Assembly: GCA_965243835.1 (NCBI GenBank) | Contig: OZ251578.1 | Span: 533,711 to 597,710, forward strand | Source of the DNA: Candidatus Spongiisociaceae bacterium | GTDB taxonomy: Bacteria; Actinomycetota; Acidimicrobiia; Spongiisociales; Spongiisociaceae | Length of the DNA stretch: 64,000 nucleotides | Direction: 5' to 3' | Shown here: positions 38,079-47,846 of the stretch, in pieces | Position numbering within the stretch: the first letter of the stretch is position 1 | Layout: the number at the start of each line of letters is the position of its first letter | Translations under genes and position numbers: made by a program | The notes under the pieces: generated by a model | What the model saw: only the letters and a program-made list of their open reading frames with translations | What the model was told of the DNA's origin: nothing | Databases searched by the model: none

Positions 38079-40127
38079 TTGGGGCCGGGGCGCCCGGGGA
38101 GGGACTTATCGCCCCGCTGTACGGTTCGGGGCGCGGGTCGCCCCCCTGTCGTCGAGACCGTGACGCCCGCCTCCGGTCCCGCCCCCGTTAGGACATCCGC
38201 CGTTCCGCTGGCCGGGACGGATTCCCCGCTGACCGATTTGGACTTGTGGCTGTTCGGGGAAGGACGGCACACCCGACTGTACGACAAGTTGGGGGCGCAA
38301 CCCTCCCCGGACCCGCTAAGGCCCGGAACCCGTTTTGCGGTGTGGGCCCCCAACGCCCGGGAGGTTTCGGTGATCGGCGACTGGAACGACTGGACCCCCG
38401 GCCGCCACCCGCTGGCCCCCCGGGGGGTGAGCGGCATACGGGAAGGGTTCGTCCCCGCCGCCCGCCCCGGACACCTGTACAAGTATCACATCGTCACCGG
38501 TCATCCCGCGGGTGCCCTCCAAAAAGCCGACCCGTGCGCCGCTTGGGCCGAAGACGGCCCCGGCCGGGCCAGCCGCATCTGGGCCCCCTCCTACCGGTGG
38601 GGCGACGGGGAGTGGATGGCGCACCGGGCCCGGCGCGCCGCCCATGACCGGCCGGTGACTATCTACGAAGTCCACCTCGGCTCCTGGCGGGGCCCCGGCG
38701 CTCCGGCCCACCCCCCGGACGGGGGCCGTTCCCCCTCCTATGCGGAGATGGCCGAACCGTTGGCCGACTACGTTTCCGACTTGGGTTTCACCCATGTGGA
38801 ACTCATGCCGGTCACCGAACACCCCTACCCGCCCTCTTGGGGGTATCAGACCACCGGCTATTACGCCCCCGCCGCCCGCTACGGAACCCCCGAAGACCTG
38901 ATGCGCCTGGTGGACGTCCTCCACCGCCGGGGGATCGGGGTGATCCTGGACTGGGTTCCCTCCCATTTCGCCACCGACCTGCACGGCCCGGCCCGCTTCG
39001 ACGGAACCCACCTTTACGAGCACGCCGACCCCCGGCAGGGCGTCCATCCCGACTGGGGTTCGGCCATCTTCAACTACGCCCGCAACGAGGTGCGCAGTTT
39101 CCTCCTTTCCAGCGCCATGTGCTGGCTGGACCGCTACCACTTTGACGGACTGCGGGTGGATGCGGTGGCTTCCATGCTCTACCTGGATTATTCCCGGCCG
39201 GAAGGGGAGTGGATTCCCAACCCGGAGGGCGGGCGGGAGAACCGGGCCGCCGAACATTTCCTGCGGGAACTGAACACCGCCGTTTACCGGGAGTTTCCGG
39301 GGACGCAGACCTTCGCCGAAGAGTCCACCGCCTGGCCGGGGGTGTCCCGTCCCGTCCATCACGGCGGTCTGGGCTTCGGTTACAAATGGGACTTGGGGTG
39401 GATGCACGACACCCTCCGCTACCTGGCCCGCGACCCCGCCCACCGCGCCCCCCACCGCGCCGAGTTGACTTTCCGGGCGTTGTACGCCGCCTCCGAAAAC
39501 TACGTGTTGCCGCTCGGCCACGACGAGGTTGCGCACGGGAAAGGGTCGCTTCTGGCCAAAATGCCCGGCGATGAATGGCGGAAGTTCGCCAACCTGCGCC
39601 TGCTGTACACCTATATGTTCACCCTCCCCGGCAAGAAACTGCTGTTTATGGGGGGCGAATTCGCGGTCCGGGAGGAATGGCAGCACGACCGGCCACTGGA
39701 CCGGGGGCTGTTGGACGACCCCGCCCATGCCGGGGTGCGGCGGCTGGTGTCCGACTTGGCCGCCGCCTACCGCGACCTCCCCGCCTGCCACCGGGGAGAC
39801 CATCATCCGCAAGGGTTCGCCTGGGCGGGGGCCGCCGACCGGGACGACTCCGTTTTGTCCTATCTGCGACTGGACCCGGAGGGCGGACCCCCGGTCCTGG
39901 CGGTTCTCAACTTCGCCCCGGAGCCCCGCTCCGGTTACCGGGTAGGCGTCCCGCAGGCGGGAGAGTGGCGGGAGGTCATCAACAGCGACGCCGTCGCATA
40001 CGGGGGGAGCGGAGTCGGCAACCTGGGCCGGGTGGCGGCCCACCCCGGGGAGCGGGACGGACATCCGGCTTCCCTGTCTTTGCTCCTGCCGCCCCTGGGC
40101 GGTCTGGTCCTTACCCCCGTCCGTTGA
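38079..40127 (+). CDS. glgB: 1,4-alpha-glucan branching enzyme (true start probably downstream, near 38160)
   Basis: FAVWAPNA, YEVHLGSW, WGYQ, DWVPSHF, DGLRVDAVASMLYLDYSR, AEEST, HDEV.HGK. Confidence 0.93.
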   Translation: MGPGRPGRDLSPRCTVRGAGRPPVVETVTPASGPAPVRTSAVPLAGTDSPLTDLDLWLFGEGRHTRLYDKLGAQPSPDPLRPGTRFAVWAPNAREVSVIGDWNDWTPGRHPLAPRGVSGIREGFVPAARPGHLYKYHIVTGHPAGALQKADPCAAWAEDGPGRASRIWAPSYRWGDGEWMAHRARRAAHDRPVTIYEVHLGSWRGPGAPAHPPDGGRSPSYAEMAEPLADYVSDLGFTHVELMPVTEHPYPPSWGYQTTGYYAPAARYGTPEDLMRLVDVLHRRGIGVILDWVPSHFATDLHGPARFDGTHLYEHADPRQGVHPDWGSAIFNYARNEVRSFLLSSAMCWLDRYHFDGLRVDAVASMLYLDYSRPEGEWIPNPEGGRENRAAEHFLRELNTAVYREFPGTQTFAEESTAWPGVSRPVHHGGLGFGYKWDLGWMHDTLRYLARDPAHRAPHRAELTFRALYAASENYVLPLGHDEVAHGKGSLLAKMPGDEWRKFANLRLLYTYMFTLPGKKLLFMGGEFAVREEWQHDRPLDRGLLDDPAHAGVRRLVSDLAAAYRDLPACHRGDHHPQGFAWAGAADRDDSVLSYLRLDPEGGPPVLAVLNFAPEPRSGYRVGVPQAGEWREVINSDAVAYGGSGVGNLGRVAAHPGERDGHPASLSLLLPPLGGLVLTPVR

Positions 40128-41224
40128 TCCCGCCCGGCCAGGACCGCCCGCCGGTGAAAGAACGCATCCTCGGCGTCATCCGACGGGAGGGGCCCCTGCC
40201 GTTCGAGTGCTTTATGGAATTGGCCCTTTATCACCCGGCGGGAGGCTATTACTCCGCCGGCCCGCTCCGTTCCCATCCCGCCGGGGATTTCATTACTTCC
40301 CCCGAAGTGAGCCCCGCTTTCGGGGAAACCCTGGCCGCCTACGCCCTCGGGGAATATCGGCGGTTGGGGGAACCCGCCGGTTTCACGGTGACGGAGGCGG
40401 GGGCCGCCTCGGGGGCGTTGCTGGAACCTTTGCTGGCGGCCCTGCCGTTTCCGGTCCGGGCGGAGGCGGTGGAAGCCTCGGCCGCCGCCCGCGCCGCCCT
40501 GGCCGCCCGCCTTCCCGGTTTAAAGGTGCATTCCCCGGATGAGGTCCCCGCCCGGCTGACCGGGGTGATGTTCGCCAACGAGGTGGCCGACAACCTGCCG
40601 GTGGCGCTGGCGGTGCGGGAGGGGGAGGGATGGTCGGAGAGGCGGGTGGGGGAGGAGGACGGGGAGCTGGCGCTGGTTGCCGCCCCGGTGCGGGCCGAGG
40701 TCGGGGAGTGGCTGGAGTCCTACGCCGGGGAGGTCCCGGAGGGGGGGACGGCGGCGGCGCAGTTGGCGGCCCGGGACTGGCTTTCCGAATGGGCGGGGCG
40801 CTTGGCGGCCGGTTCCCTGGCAGTCATCGACTACGGCCCCGCCGGGGGGTCGGCGGACGGCGCCGGGACCCTGCGCACCCACCGCCGGCACCGGCCCGGC
40901 CCCCGTCCCCTGGACTCCCCGGGGGAGGCGGACATCACCGTCGATGTGAACTTCGCCGCCTTGGCCGACGCCGCCCGGGCGCAAGGTCTGGAATGCGAGA
41001 CATTGACCCAGCGCGCTTTTCTAACCCGCTGCGGCCTCCCCGGCCGCCTCGCTGTTTGGAGGGAGGAGGAACTGGAACTGGCCCGCGCCGGGGATCACAT
41101 TGGGCGTCTGCGGGCGCGCAGTCGCATCACCGGGGCCGCCGCCTTGCTGGACCCCGCTGGGCTGGGCGGTTTCCAAGTCCTGATCGCCCGCCGCCCCGCC
41201 CCGCCCGCCCCGGATGGGCGGTGA
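40124..41224 (+). CDS. SAM-dependent methyltransferase, MidA/DUF185 family (start 40124 TTG or 40154 GTG)
   Basis: FMELALYHP..GYY, GDFITSPE, ANEV.DNLP, IDYG, PGEADIT.DVNF, GLGGFQV in the frame of ORF 39575..41224. Confidence 0.85.
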   Translation: MIPPGQDRPPVKERILGVIRREGPLPFECFMELALYHPAGGYYSAGPLRSHPAGDFITSPEVSPAFGETLAAYALGEYRRLGEPAGFTVTEAGAASGALLEPLLAALPFPVRAEAVEASAAARAALAARLPGLKVHSPDEVPARLTGVMFANEVADNLPVALAVREGEGWSERRVGEEDGELALVAAPVRAEVGEWLESYAGEVPEGGTAAAQLAARDWLSEWAGRLAAGSLAVIDYGPAGGSADGAGTLRTHRRHRPGPRPLDSPGEADITVDVNFAALADAARAQGLECETLTQRAFLTRCGLPGRLAVWREEELELARAGDHIGRLRARSRITGAAALLDPAGLGGFQVLIARRPAPPAPDGR

Positions 41225-41398
41225 GGCCGGTTTCCGTTCCGGTTATGCCCGAAGAGCCGTTAATATCGGGGTCTTTCCTAGCCCGGGTTCGGCTTCCCGA
41301 GCACCCGTCATGTTTAGAATTGTCGCACTACTAGGCTAGGATACGTACCCTGGCAGGCTGTTTGGAATATGGCAACTTTGACAGGAGGTTACCAAGCC

Positions 41399-41815
41399 AT
41401 GACCAACGACTATAAGATGACCATTTCCTGGCTGACGGTAGATAAGCTGGGTATTAAGCTGTACGACAAGGTATCAGCTGTTATAGCTGAGCTCGTCTCA
41501 AATAGCTATGACACCGACGCAACGGAGGTTATAATAGAAGCTCCGTTGGGGAAGTATTTAACTACAAAGGTAGATAAAGGCGATGATCGTAAAGATGATC
41601 GTAACTACGAGATAAAGGTCATTGACAATGGTATGGGTATGACACCAGATGAAATCAATGACTGTTATCTTAGAGTCGGCGCGGAGAGGAGAATTGAGGT
41701 AGGTAATAATCGAGGCGATATTTCTCCTAAATACGGTAGAAGGGTAATGGGTTGTAAGGGCGTGGGCAAACTAGCGCCGTTTGGGATATGCGAGGAGATG
41801 GATCAGAATGAATGA
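41399..41815 (+). pseudogene. Truncated GHKL/MORC-like ATPase (N-terminal fragment)
   Basis: LG.KLY, ELVSNSYD, IDNGMGMT, MGCKGVGKLAPFGI then stop within a few codons; AGGAGG RBS before ATG 41399; AT-rich. Confidence 0.75.
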
Positions 41816-42881
41816 CTTGAAGGTGGCCGTTGATTTGTTCGCGGGGGGAGGCGGACTAACTGTTGGGCTTAAGAATGCGGGGTTTTCCGTAAAAGCTGCG
41901 GTCGAGATTGAACGAAACGCTTCCGCTACTTATGTTGCCAATCATCCCGAGGTTACGATGTTTGAACAGAATATACGAATGATACGGGGCGACACCTTAC
42001 TGGATCTGTGTCCCGGTAAGAAGATAGACCTTGTTGCCGGTTGCCCGCCTTGTCAAGGGTTTACAAGTTTAACTTCGAAATATAAGCGATCTGATCCAAG
42101 AAATTTCCTGGTGCGGGAAATGTCTCGTCTGATCGAAGAAACGAAACCGCTAACCGTTATGATGGAAAATGTTCCAGGATTGAATAATAGAGGCAAGGAG
42201 TTAATGAATGAATTTTTGGAATGCCTGGAGAGGTTAGGATATAAACTCAGCATGGAGGTATTGCAGGTTGCTGATTACGGTGTTCCCCAACACCGCCGAC
42301 GACTGGTTATTTTGGCAGGATTAGGATTCGAAATACCTATGCCCGAACCTACGCACTCCAAGGACGGTACAGGCGGATTAAGCACTTGGCGTACGGTACA
42401 GGATGCTATCGGAGGTTTGAGAGAACCCGTAACCTTACAAGAAGCTAATCGAAATTCATCTCCCGAAGACTATAACTGGCACGTGGTTAGCGCCATGTCG
42501 GAAATTAATAGGCTACGTTTACGATATGCGAAGCCGGGCAAGTCGCGTTTGGATATACCTGAAGAGATAAGACCGCAATGCCACAAAGACGGATATTCAG
42601 GTTACTCGAATGTTTACGGTCGGATGGCATGGGACGAATTAGCTCCTACTATTACCAGCGGGTGCACTACTTTAAGCAAGGGACGGTTTGGGCATCCCGA
42701 TCGGGAGCGTACGATCTCGGTCCGTGAAGCCGCCTTATTGCAAACCCTGCCGTTGCATTATAAAATTGCTACGCCGTATATGCTACACGCCTGCCAAATC
42801 GTAGGTAATGCTTTGCCCTGTGATTTTGCGGAGATCTTAGCGAGGCAATGCCTTATTTCCATCAAGCGACGCACAGGGTAA
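41808..42881 (+). CDS. dcm: C5-cytosine DNA methyltransferase
   Basis: DLFAGGGG, GCPPCQGF, MENVPG, YGVPQ.R.R, R.ISVREAA.LQ, QIVGNA. Confidence 0.92.
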   Translation: MNDLKVAVDLFAGGGGLTVGLKNAGFSVKAAVEIERNASATYVANHPEVTMFEQNIRMIRGDTLLDLCPGKKIDLVAGCPPCQGFTSLTSKYKRSDPRNFLVREMSRLIEETKPLTVMMENVPGLNNRGKELMNEFLECLERLGYKLSMEVLQVADYGVPQHRRRLVILAGLGFEIPMPEPTHSKDGTGGLSTWRTVQDAIGGLREPVTLQEANRNSSPEDYNWHVVSAMSEINRLRLRYAKPGKSRLDIPEEIRPQCHKDGYSGYSNVYGRMAWDELAPTITSGCTTLSKGRFGHPDRERTISVREAALLQTLPLHYKIATPYMLHACQIVGNALPCDFAEILARQCLISIKRRTG

Positions 42882-42945
42882 TCTAACCGCCGAGGCGGTC
42901 GGCGGGGGACTGGTTTTCGGGGGGTTGCCTTGGAACGGGAAGGGG

Positions 42946-44175
42946 TCAGGGGAGGTCGATGTCGGCGTCTTGCGGGTAGATCATTATCCAGGAGCGGCCG
43001 GGGGGGATGGTCATTTCCCGGCCGTCGGCGCCGCGCAGGGTGAACCATTCGGTTTCGTCGGCCCGTTCCCAGGTTCCCTCCACGTAGCGTCCGTTGGCGA
43101 ACGCCATGGCCTCCCCGGAGCCGGTGGTTTTCCAGGCGGGGACGCAGGATCCGTTTCCGGATGGGGGGCAGGCCCGGTAGCGTTCCGCCCGCAACACGAT
43201 CAGGTTGTCCGCCCAGATCTGCTCGGTGACGTCCCCCTGTCGGCGATGCCAGTCGTGCGGGTCCTCCCCGATGAAGCGCAGGTAACGACCTTCCCGCCAG
43301 ATCCAGGTGACATCCATCGTGTCCGTCCAGTCGAAGAAAATGTAGGTGGCGATGGAACCCACCCCGGCGTTCAACGGACCCCAGTTGAACAGGGGGGCGG
43401 GCGGAGTCTGCTCCAAGCCGCGCTCTTCGGCCACCCGCCGGGCTTCGAACGTGTTCAAGTACAAGTTGTGGGGGGCGCGGCGTTGCCGCCAGCGGTGGGT
43501 GAGGGGCGGCCCCAGGTCGCCGATGAGCGGGACGCCGTTGCGGGTGATGAGGCTGGTCACCCAGGGCTGGGCTCCGCTGATGGCCAGCGCTCCGTTCAGG
43601 GGGCGCACCACCGTCCAGTCGGTGGGCCGGCCGGAGCGTATCGGGCCCACCCATTCGGTGTCGCTGTGATGGAACAGGGCGATGAAGCGGGTGATGCCCG
43701 ACTCCACCACCAGTTCCACTATCGCCTCCCCCTCCAGAATCCCCGACTGCGGGCGGGCGTCCCAATGGTTGTCGATTTTCACCGCCAGCACTTTGCGTTC
43801 CAGCCGGGCGGGGTCGGGGACCGGCAGGCCGGTAAGCGGGGAAACCGGACCGGCGGGTTCGGTGGTGGTGGTGACGGCGCCGGGGTCGGGGGCGGCGGCT
43901 AGGGAGGTGACGGTTGCGTCGGGGGCGGCGCCGGTGGGGAGGGTGGTGGTTGCGGCGTCGGGGTCGGGGTCGGCGGCGTCGGTTGCGGCGTCGGCGGTGG
44001 TGGTGGGGGAGGCGGAGGCATCAGCCGGGGCCTCGCCGACCGTGGTAGCGGTCGCGGCGGTAGTAGTAGCGGCGTCGGAGGCCGCGGGGTCATCTTCGGG
44101 CGGGGCGGGGTCGCCTCCGCCGCAAGCCCCGGCCAACGCCGCCAGAAGCAGGCCCACGGTCGCCTTGCGTAACAT
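42946..44175 (-). CDS. DUF3048 (YerB-like) lipoprotein with Thr/Ala/Asp-rich linker
   Basis: Lipobox LAGAC; SPLTG, AVKIDN, ARPQSG, VE.GITRF, GPIRSGR, RAPHNLY. Confidence 0.85.
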   Translation of the reverse strand: MLRKATVGLLLAALAGACGGGDPAPPEDDPAASDAATTTAATATTVGEAPADASASPTTTADAATDAADPDPDAATTTLPTGAAPDATVTSLAAAPDPGAVTTTTEPAGPVSPLTGLPVPDPARLERKVLAVKIDNHWDARPQSGILEGEAIVELVVESGITRFIALFHHSDTEWVGPIRSGRPTDWTVVRPLNGALAISGAQPWVTSLITRNGVPLIGDLGPPLTHRWRQRRAPHNLYLNTFEARRVAEERGLEQTPPAPLFNWGPLNAGVGSIATYIFFDWTDTMDVTWIWREGRYLRFIGEDPHDWHRRQGDVTEQIWADNLIVLRAERYRACPPSGNGSCVPAWKTTGSGEAMAFANGRYVEGTWERADETEWFTLRGADGREMTIPPGRSWIMIYPQDADIDLP

Positions 44176-44190
44176 TCGCTTCTGATTTTG

Positions 44191-44628
44191 TCATACCCGC
44201 CGCCCGATTACAACGACCCTCGCCCGGGGACGGAAACGGAGCACCGCGATTCCCGCTATGTCGGCCGCGGATATCGGCCCGGCGGAGCGGCTGTCTCCGG
44301 CGGAGCGGGGGCGGTTGTCGCCCAGCACGAAGCAGGAGTCGGGGGGGATGGTCCATTCCCCGTCCGGGCGGGTGGCCGCCCCCCACCAGGGATCCGCCCA
44401 CGCCCGCCCGTTGATGGAAATCACCCCCCCGGCGATGGTGATTCTTTCCCCGCCCCGGCCGATCACCCTTTTCACGAAGTATCCGTCCCCCGCCCGGTAG
44501 GCCACCACCTCCCCCCGGCGCGCCGGCCGCCCCCGCCGCAGGGAGCGCGCCGCAATCCGGTCCCCCGGCAACAGGGCGGGGGCCATTGAATCCTCGGCCA
44601 CCCGGAAAATGGAGAAAAAGGCGCCCAT
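44191..44628 (-). CDS. sodX: S26 signal peptidase-like protease, probable Ni-SOD maturation protease
   Basis: SMAPAL.PGD (Ser), VKRV (Lys), GDN...S.DSR; divergent from sodN. Confidence 0.72.
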   Translation of the reverse strand: MGAFFSIFRVAEDSMAPALLPGDRIAARSLRRGRPARRGEVVAYRAGDGYFVKRVIGRGGERITIAGGVISINGRAWADPWWGAATRPDGEWTIPPDSCFVLGDNRPRSAGDSRSAGPISAADIAGIAVLRFRPRARVVVIGRRV

Positions 44629-44762
44629 GCCCCCCAAGCTAACCCCTCCGGGTTTCCGCCGGGGCCGAAGCGGGGTATCCTCAGAGAAACGAAGCCCCCG
44701 ACCGGGGGCGGCGACAAGACCGGATACCGGTAACGAACCGGGTGAAACCAAAGGAGGAGTTT

Positions 44763-45179
44763 ATGGGAATCCTACGTCCCGCCCGCACCGTTCGGGCCCA
44801 CTGCGACCTGTTCTGCGGGGTGTACGACCCGGCGCAGGCCCGCATCGAGGCGCAGTCGGTTCTGGCCGCGGCCCAAAAGTACCACGCCAGCGACGACGAA
44901 GTGTTCCGGGCACGGTGCGTGTCGGTGAAGGAAGCGCAGGCCGAGCTGGTTAAACATCACCTGTCGGTGCTGTGGACGGACTTTTTCAAGCCGCACCATC
45001 TGGAACGGTTCCCCGGGTTGCACGATATGTTCTGGGGAGCGATCAAAGCGGCGGGCGACGCCAAAAAGTCCATGGACGAGGCGGTGGCCCAGGACCTGAT
45101 CAGCCGCATCGACGCCATCTCGGAAGTGTTCTGGCAGACCGACGAAGCGGCCGGGGTGGGCTTGTATCCCCCCTCCTGA
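44763..45179 (+). CDS. sodN: Nickel superoxide dismutase precursor (12-aa leader, variant hook HCDLFCGVY)
   Basis: AHCDLFCGVYDPAQARIEA, KHHLSVLWTDFFK, IDAISEVFW; AGGAGG RBS before ATG 44763. Confidence 0.93.
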   Translation: MGILRPARTVRAHCDLFCGVYDPAQARIEAQSVLAAAQKYHASDDEVFRARCVSVKEAQAELVKHHLSVLWTDFFKPHHLERFPGLHDMFWGAIKAAGDAKKSMDEAVAQDLISRIDAISEVFWQTDEAAGVGLYPPS

Positions 45180-45259
45180 GAGGTTGCGACAGCCGCAACC
45201 GCAACGCCCCCTAATCTGATATCCGGGCATTCGGGCCGGTTCGGATTGCGAGTGGCGGG

Positions 45260-46033
45260 TTATTCCTCCCCGGACCCGGAAATCATCTCCCGCTTGGCCG
45301 TTATCAGCCAGGTGACGGCCACGGAGACGGCCAGCATAACCGACACTTTGGCGACCGCCCCCCACCCGCCGCTTTCCACCCGTCCCAGAATGGCGTCCAG
45401 GGTTTCCGCATCGGCGGTCGAGGGCGTTCCCCAGTCCGCCCAGGCGGAAACGGCGATCCGGTACAGGGAAGTGGAACGGATGCCGTCCAGGATGGATGCC
45501 AGGGTGATTTCCCACAGGATCAGATAGGCCAGCCCGATCAGGACCGCCCGGCTCATAATCAGCCCCAACGGAACAAACAGGGCGGCGAAACCGGCGGCTT
45601 GCACGGCCGCGGCGGGCAAAATTCCCAGCCCGACGGCGAAGTCCCCGGTGCGGAAACCCAGCACCAGCCAGTCGGCCGCCGCCCCTCCCAGCAGAAAAAC
45701 CAGGGAGGCCGCCACGGCGGCCGCCGTGGCCGCCGCCGCGATCACCCCCCGCGGCACCGGTTTCAGCAACAAGTCGGGCAGGGTGGCGGCCCGCCGTTCC
45801 TCGCCCAAGGCGCCGGCGGCGGTGATTATGGCCGCCAGCGGGAAGATGAGGGGAAGGAGCATGGTCAGGAGCAGGGTGTCGTGGGTGGCCAGCGCCTCGG
45901 CGCGGTCCGACCCGGCGGTCAAGGCCAGCATAAGCAGGGCGGGCGCGCAGGTGAGGATCAGCATCCCCAGCAGGCGCTTGCGGCTCAGCAGGCGGCGCAG
46001 GATGGAGCCGGTGATGACGAAAAAGGCTTTCAT
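45260..46033 (-). CDS. ABC-2 type transporter permease
   Basis: MKAFFVITGS..., multiple TM segments, EE...TL..LLLKP..R motif; ATG overlaps upstream stop. Confidence 0.8.
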   Translation of the reverse strand: MKAFFVITGSILRRLLSRKRLLGMLILTCAPALLMLALTAGSDRAEALATHDTLLLTMLLPLIFPLAAIITAAGALGEERRAATLPDLLLKPVPRGVIAAAATAAAVAASLVFLLGGAAADWLVLGFRTGDFAVGLGILPAAAVQAAGFAALFVPLGLIMSRAVLIGLAYLILWEITLASILDGIRSTSLYRIAVSAWADWGTPSTADAETLDAILGRVESGGWGAVAKVSVMLAVSVAVTWLITAKREMISGSGEE

Positions 46034-46971
46034 CGCCGGCGCACCAGGTAGGAGAACACGCTTTCCAGGGAATCGTCTTCGGGGGTGACGGCGGTCACCA
46101 CGCATCCCGCTTCCCGGGCGGCGGCCATCACCGCCCCGCCCAGGGCCCGGGCGTCGTCGGTGCTGATCGTGAACGAGCCGTCCCCCATCTCCACGCTCCT
46201 CGCCCATTCCCCGGCCAGCAGGCGGCGGGCCAGCTCCCGGGGCCGGTCGGTTTCGATGAGCACCCGGCGGGGGGTGTCCGACATGGCGTCCCGGATGGCG
46301 GCCACCGTCCCGGCCGCCGCCAGCCGGCCGTTGACCATGGCCACCACCCGGTCCGCCATCCGCTCCACTTCCGCTAACACATGCGAGGAGACGATCACGG
46401 TGCGCCCTTCCCTCCCCAGGCCGATCAGCAACTCGATGAGGCGCGCCCGCTGGATGGGGTCGGTTCCGTTGAGCGGTTCGTCCAAAATCAAAATCCGCGG
46501 GTCGTGGGCCAAGGCGGCCGCCACCCGGGCCCGGCGCCGCATTCCCTTGGAGAACCCGCCCAGCCGCCGGTGGGCGTCCCCGGTCAGTTGCACCGTTTCC
46601 AGGGCTCGTTCCGCCGCCTCCGCGGGACGGGGGGCCCCGGACAGGGCGGCGCTCCAGCGGACGAACCGGGCCGCGGTCATATTTTCGTAGATGGCGTCGT
46701 GTTCGGGAACGAACCCGACTTGCCGGTAGAGGCCGGGGCGGCGGCGGGGGGATTGGCCCAGCACCAAGGCTCGTCCGGCCGACGGTTTGAGCAGTCCGGT
46801 CAAGGTGCGGAGGAGGGTGGTTTTGCCCGCCCCGTTGGGTCCGAGCAGGCCGGTCACCCCCGGCCCGAAGGAGTAGGTGAACTCGGAGACGGCCACCTTC
46901 TGGTCGAACCATTTGGACAGGTTCTCGGCCGCAATGGCGGCCGCGTCCGAGGCGGGGGAGGTCTCCGTCAT
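46030..46971 (-). CDS. ABC transporter ATP-binding protein
   Basis: GPNGAGKTT, FSKGMRRR, ILDEP, SSH; start MTETSP in the frame of ORF 46030..47976. Confidence 0.9.
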   Translation of the reverse strand: MTETSPASDAAAIAAENLSKWFDQKVAVSEFTYSFGPGVTGLLGPNGAGKTTLLRTLTGLLKPSAGRALVLGQSPRRRPGLYRQVGFVPEHDAIYENMTAARFVRWSAALSGAPRPAEAAERALETVQLTGDAHRRLGGFSKGMRRRARVAAALAHDPRILILDEPLNGTDPIQRARLIELLIGLGREGRTVIVSSHVLAEVERMADRVVAMVNGRLAAAGTVAAIRDAMSDTPRRVLIETDRPRELARRLLAGEWARSVEMGDGSFTISTDDARALGGAVMAAAREAGCVVTAVTPEDDSLESVFSYLVRRR

Positions 46972-47846
46972 ACCTGTTTCCGGTACGTGAGTTTGATCAG
47001 GAACCCGGAGATCACGACCACGATGAACATCACCAGCGCCGAAACCCAGGGGTCGAAGCCCACGCGTTGCAATAGGTCGGTCCCCTCCTGCCCGAAAATC
47101 CAGTTGCGCAGGTTGGTGACATGCTGTTCGAAGGCCAGCAGGCTCAGCCAGCGGGCGGTTGTGTCCGAGAAGGAGACGGCGATGGTGGCCGCGATGTTGA
47201 AGGCGAAAAACACGATGACGCAAGCCCCGGCGGCGATCCCCACCCGTTTCAGAAGGGCCGTGCACAAAAGGGCCACCGACCCGTACATCAGCAGATAGCA
47301 CACGGCCGTCGCCGGGATGCGCCACAGCTCGTTGATGTGGGAGCCCAGGTAGGAGGCGAAACCGTTCTCGGACAGGAAGGCCAGGCCCAGGTGATAGACG
47401 TACAACGGGATTATCCAGAAACCGAGGATGACCGCGGCCAGGGCCCCGCCTTTGGCCAGCAGGTAGTGGCCGACCCGCAACGGGCGGGAAAAGTAGATGT
47501 TCAGCGCCCCCGATTTCCGGTCGGGGACCAGCAGTTCCGGGGCGGCGTAGGAGGTGAGGATGAGGCCGTACAGGGCCACGGCGCCCAAAAAGGCCGTATA
47601 CGGATTGTCGAGAAAATTGACATCGATCGTGCCCTGGAACCAGACGATGAGCAGGATCACGAACATGGTGAGCCACATCATCCCGATCATCAGCCAGGGC
47701 AGCACCTTGCGCCGGGCTTTGCGGCGCAGGCCCAACGTGCGGCGTATCCCGTCCCGGATGATGGCCCGCACCGCCCGGGAGGTTCCCAGGCGGGGGCCCC
47801 GGTAGGGCTGGTAGCCGCGGTCGGTCAGCACCGCCCGGTCGCTCAT
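46968..47846 (-). CDS. ABC-2 type transporter permease
   Basis: Hydrophobic helices; PDRKSGAL.IYFSRP...YL.AK motif. Confidence 0.82.
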   Translation of the reverse strand: MSDRAVLTDRGYQPYRGPRLGTSRAVRAIIRDGIRRTLGLRRKARRKVLPWLMIGMMWLTMFVILLIVWFQGTIDVNFLDNPYTAFLGAVALYGLILTSYAAPELLVPDRKSGALNIYFSRPLRVGHYLLAKGGALAAVILGFWIIPLYVYHLGLAFLSENGFASYLGSHINELWRIPATAVCYLLMYGSVALLCTALLKRVGIAAGACVIVFFAFNIAATIAVSFSDTTARWLSLLAFEQHVTNLRNWIFGQEGTDLLQRVGFDPWVSALVMFIVVVISGFLIKLTYRKQV

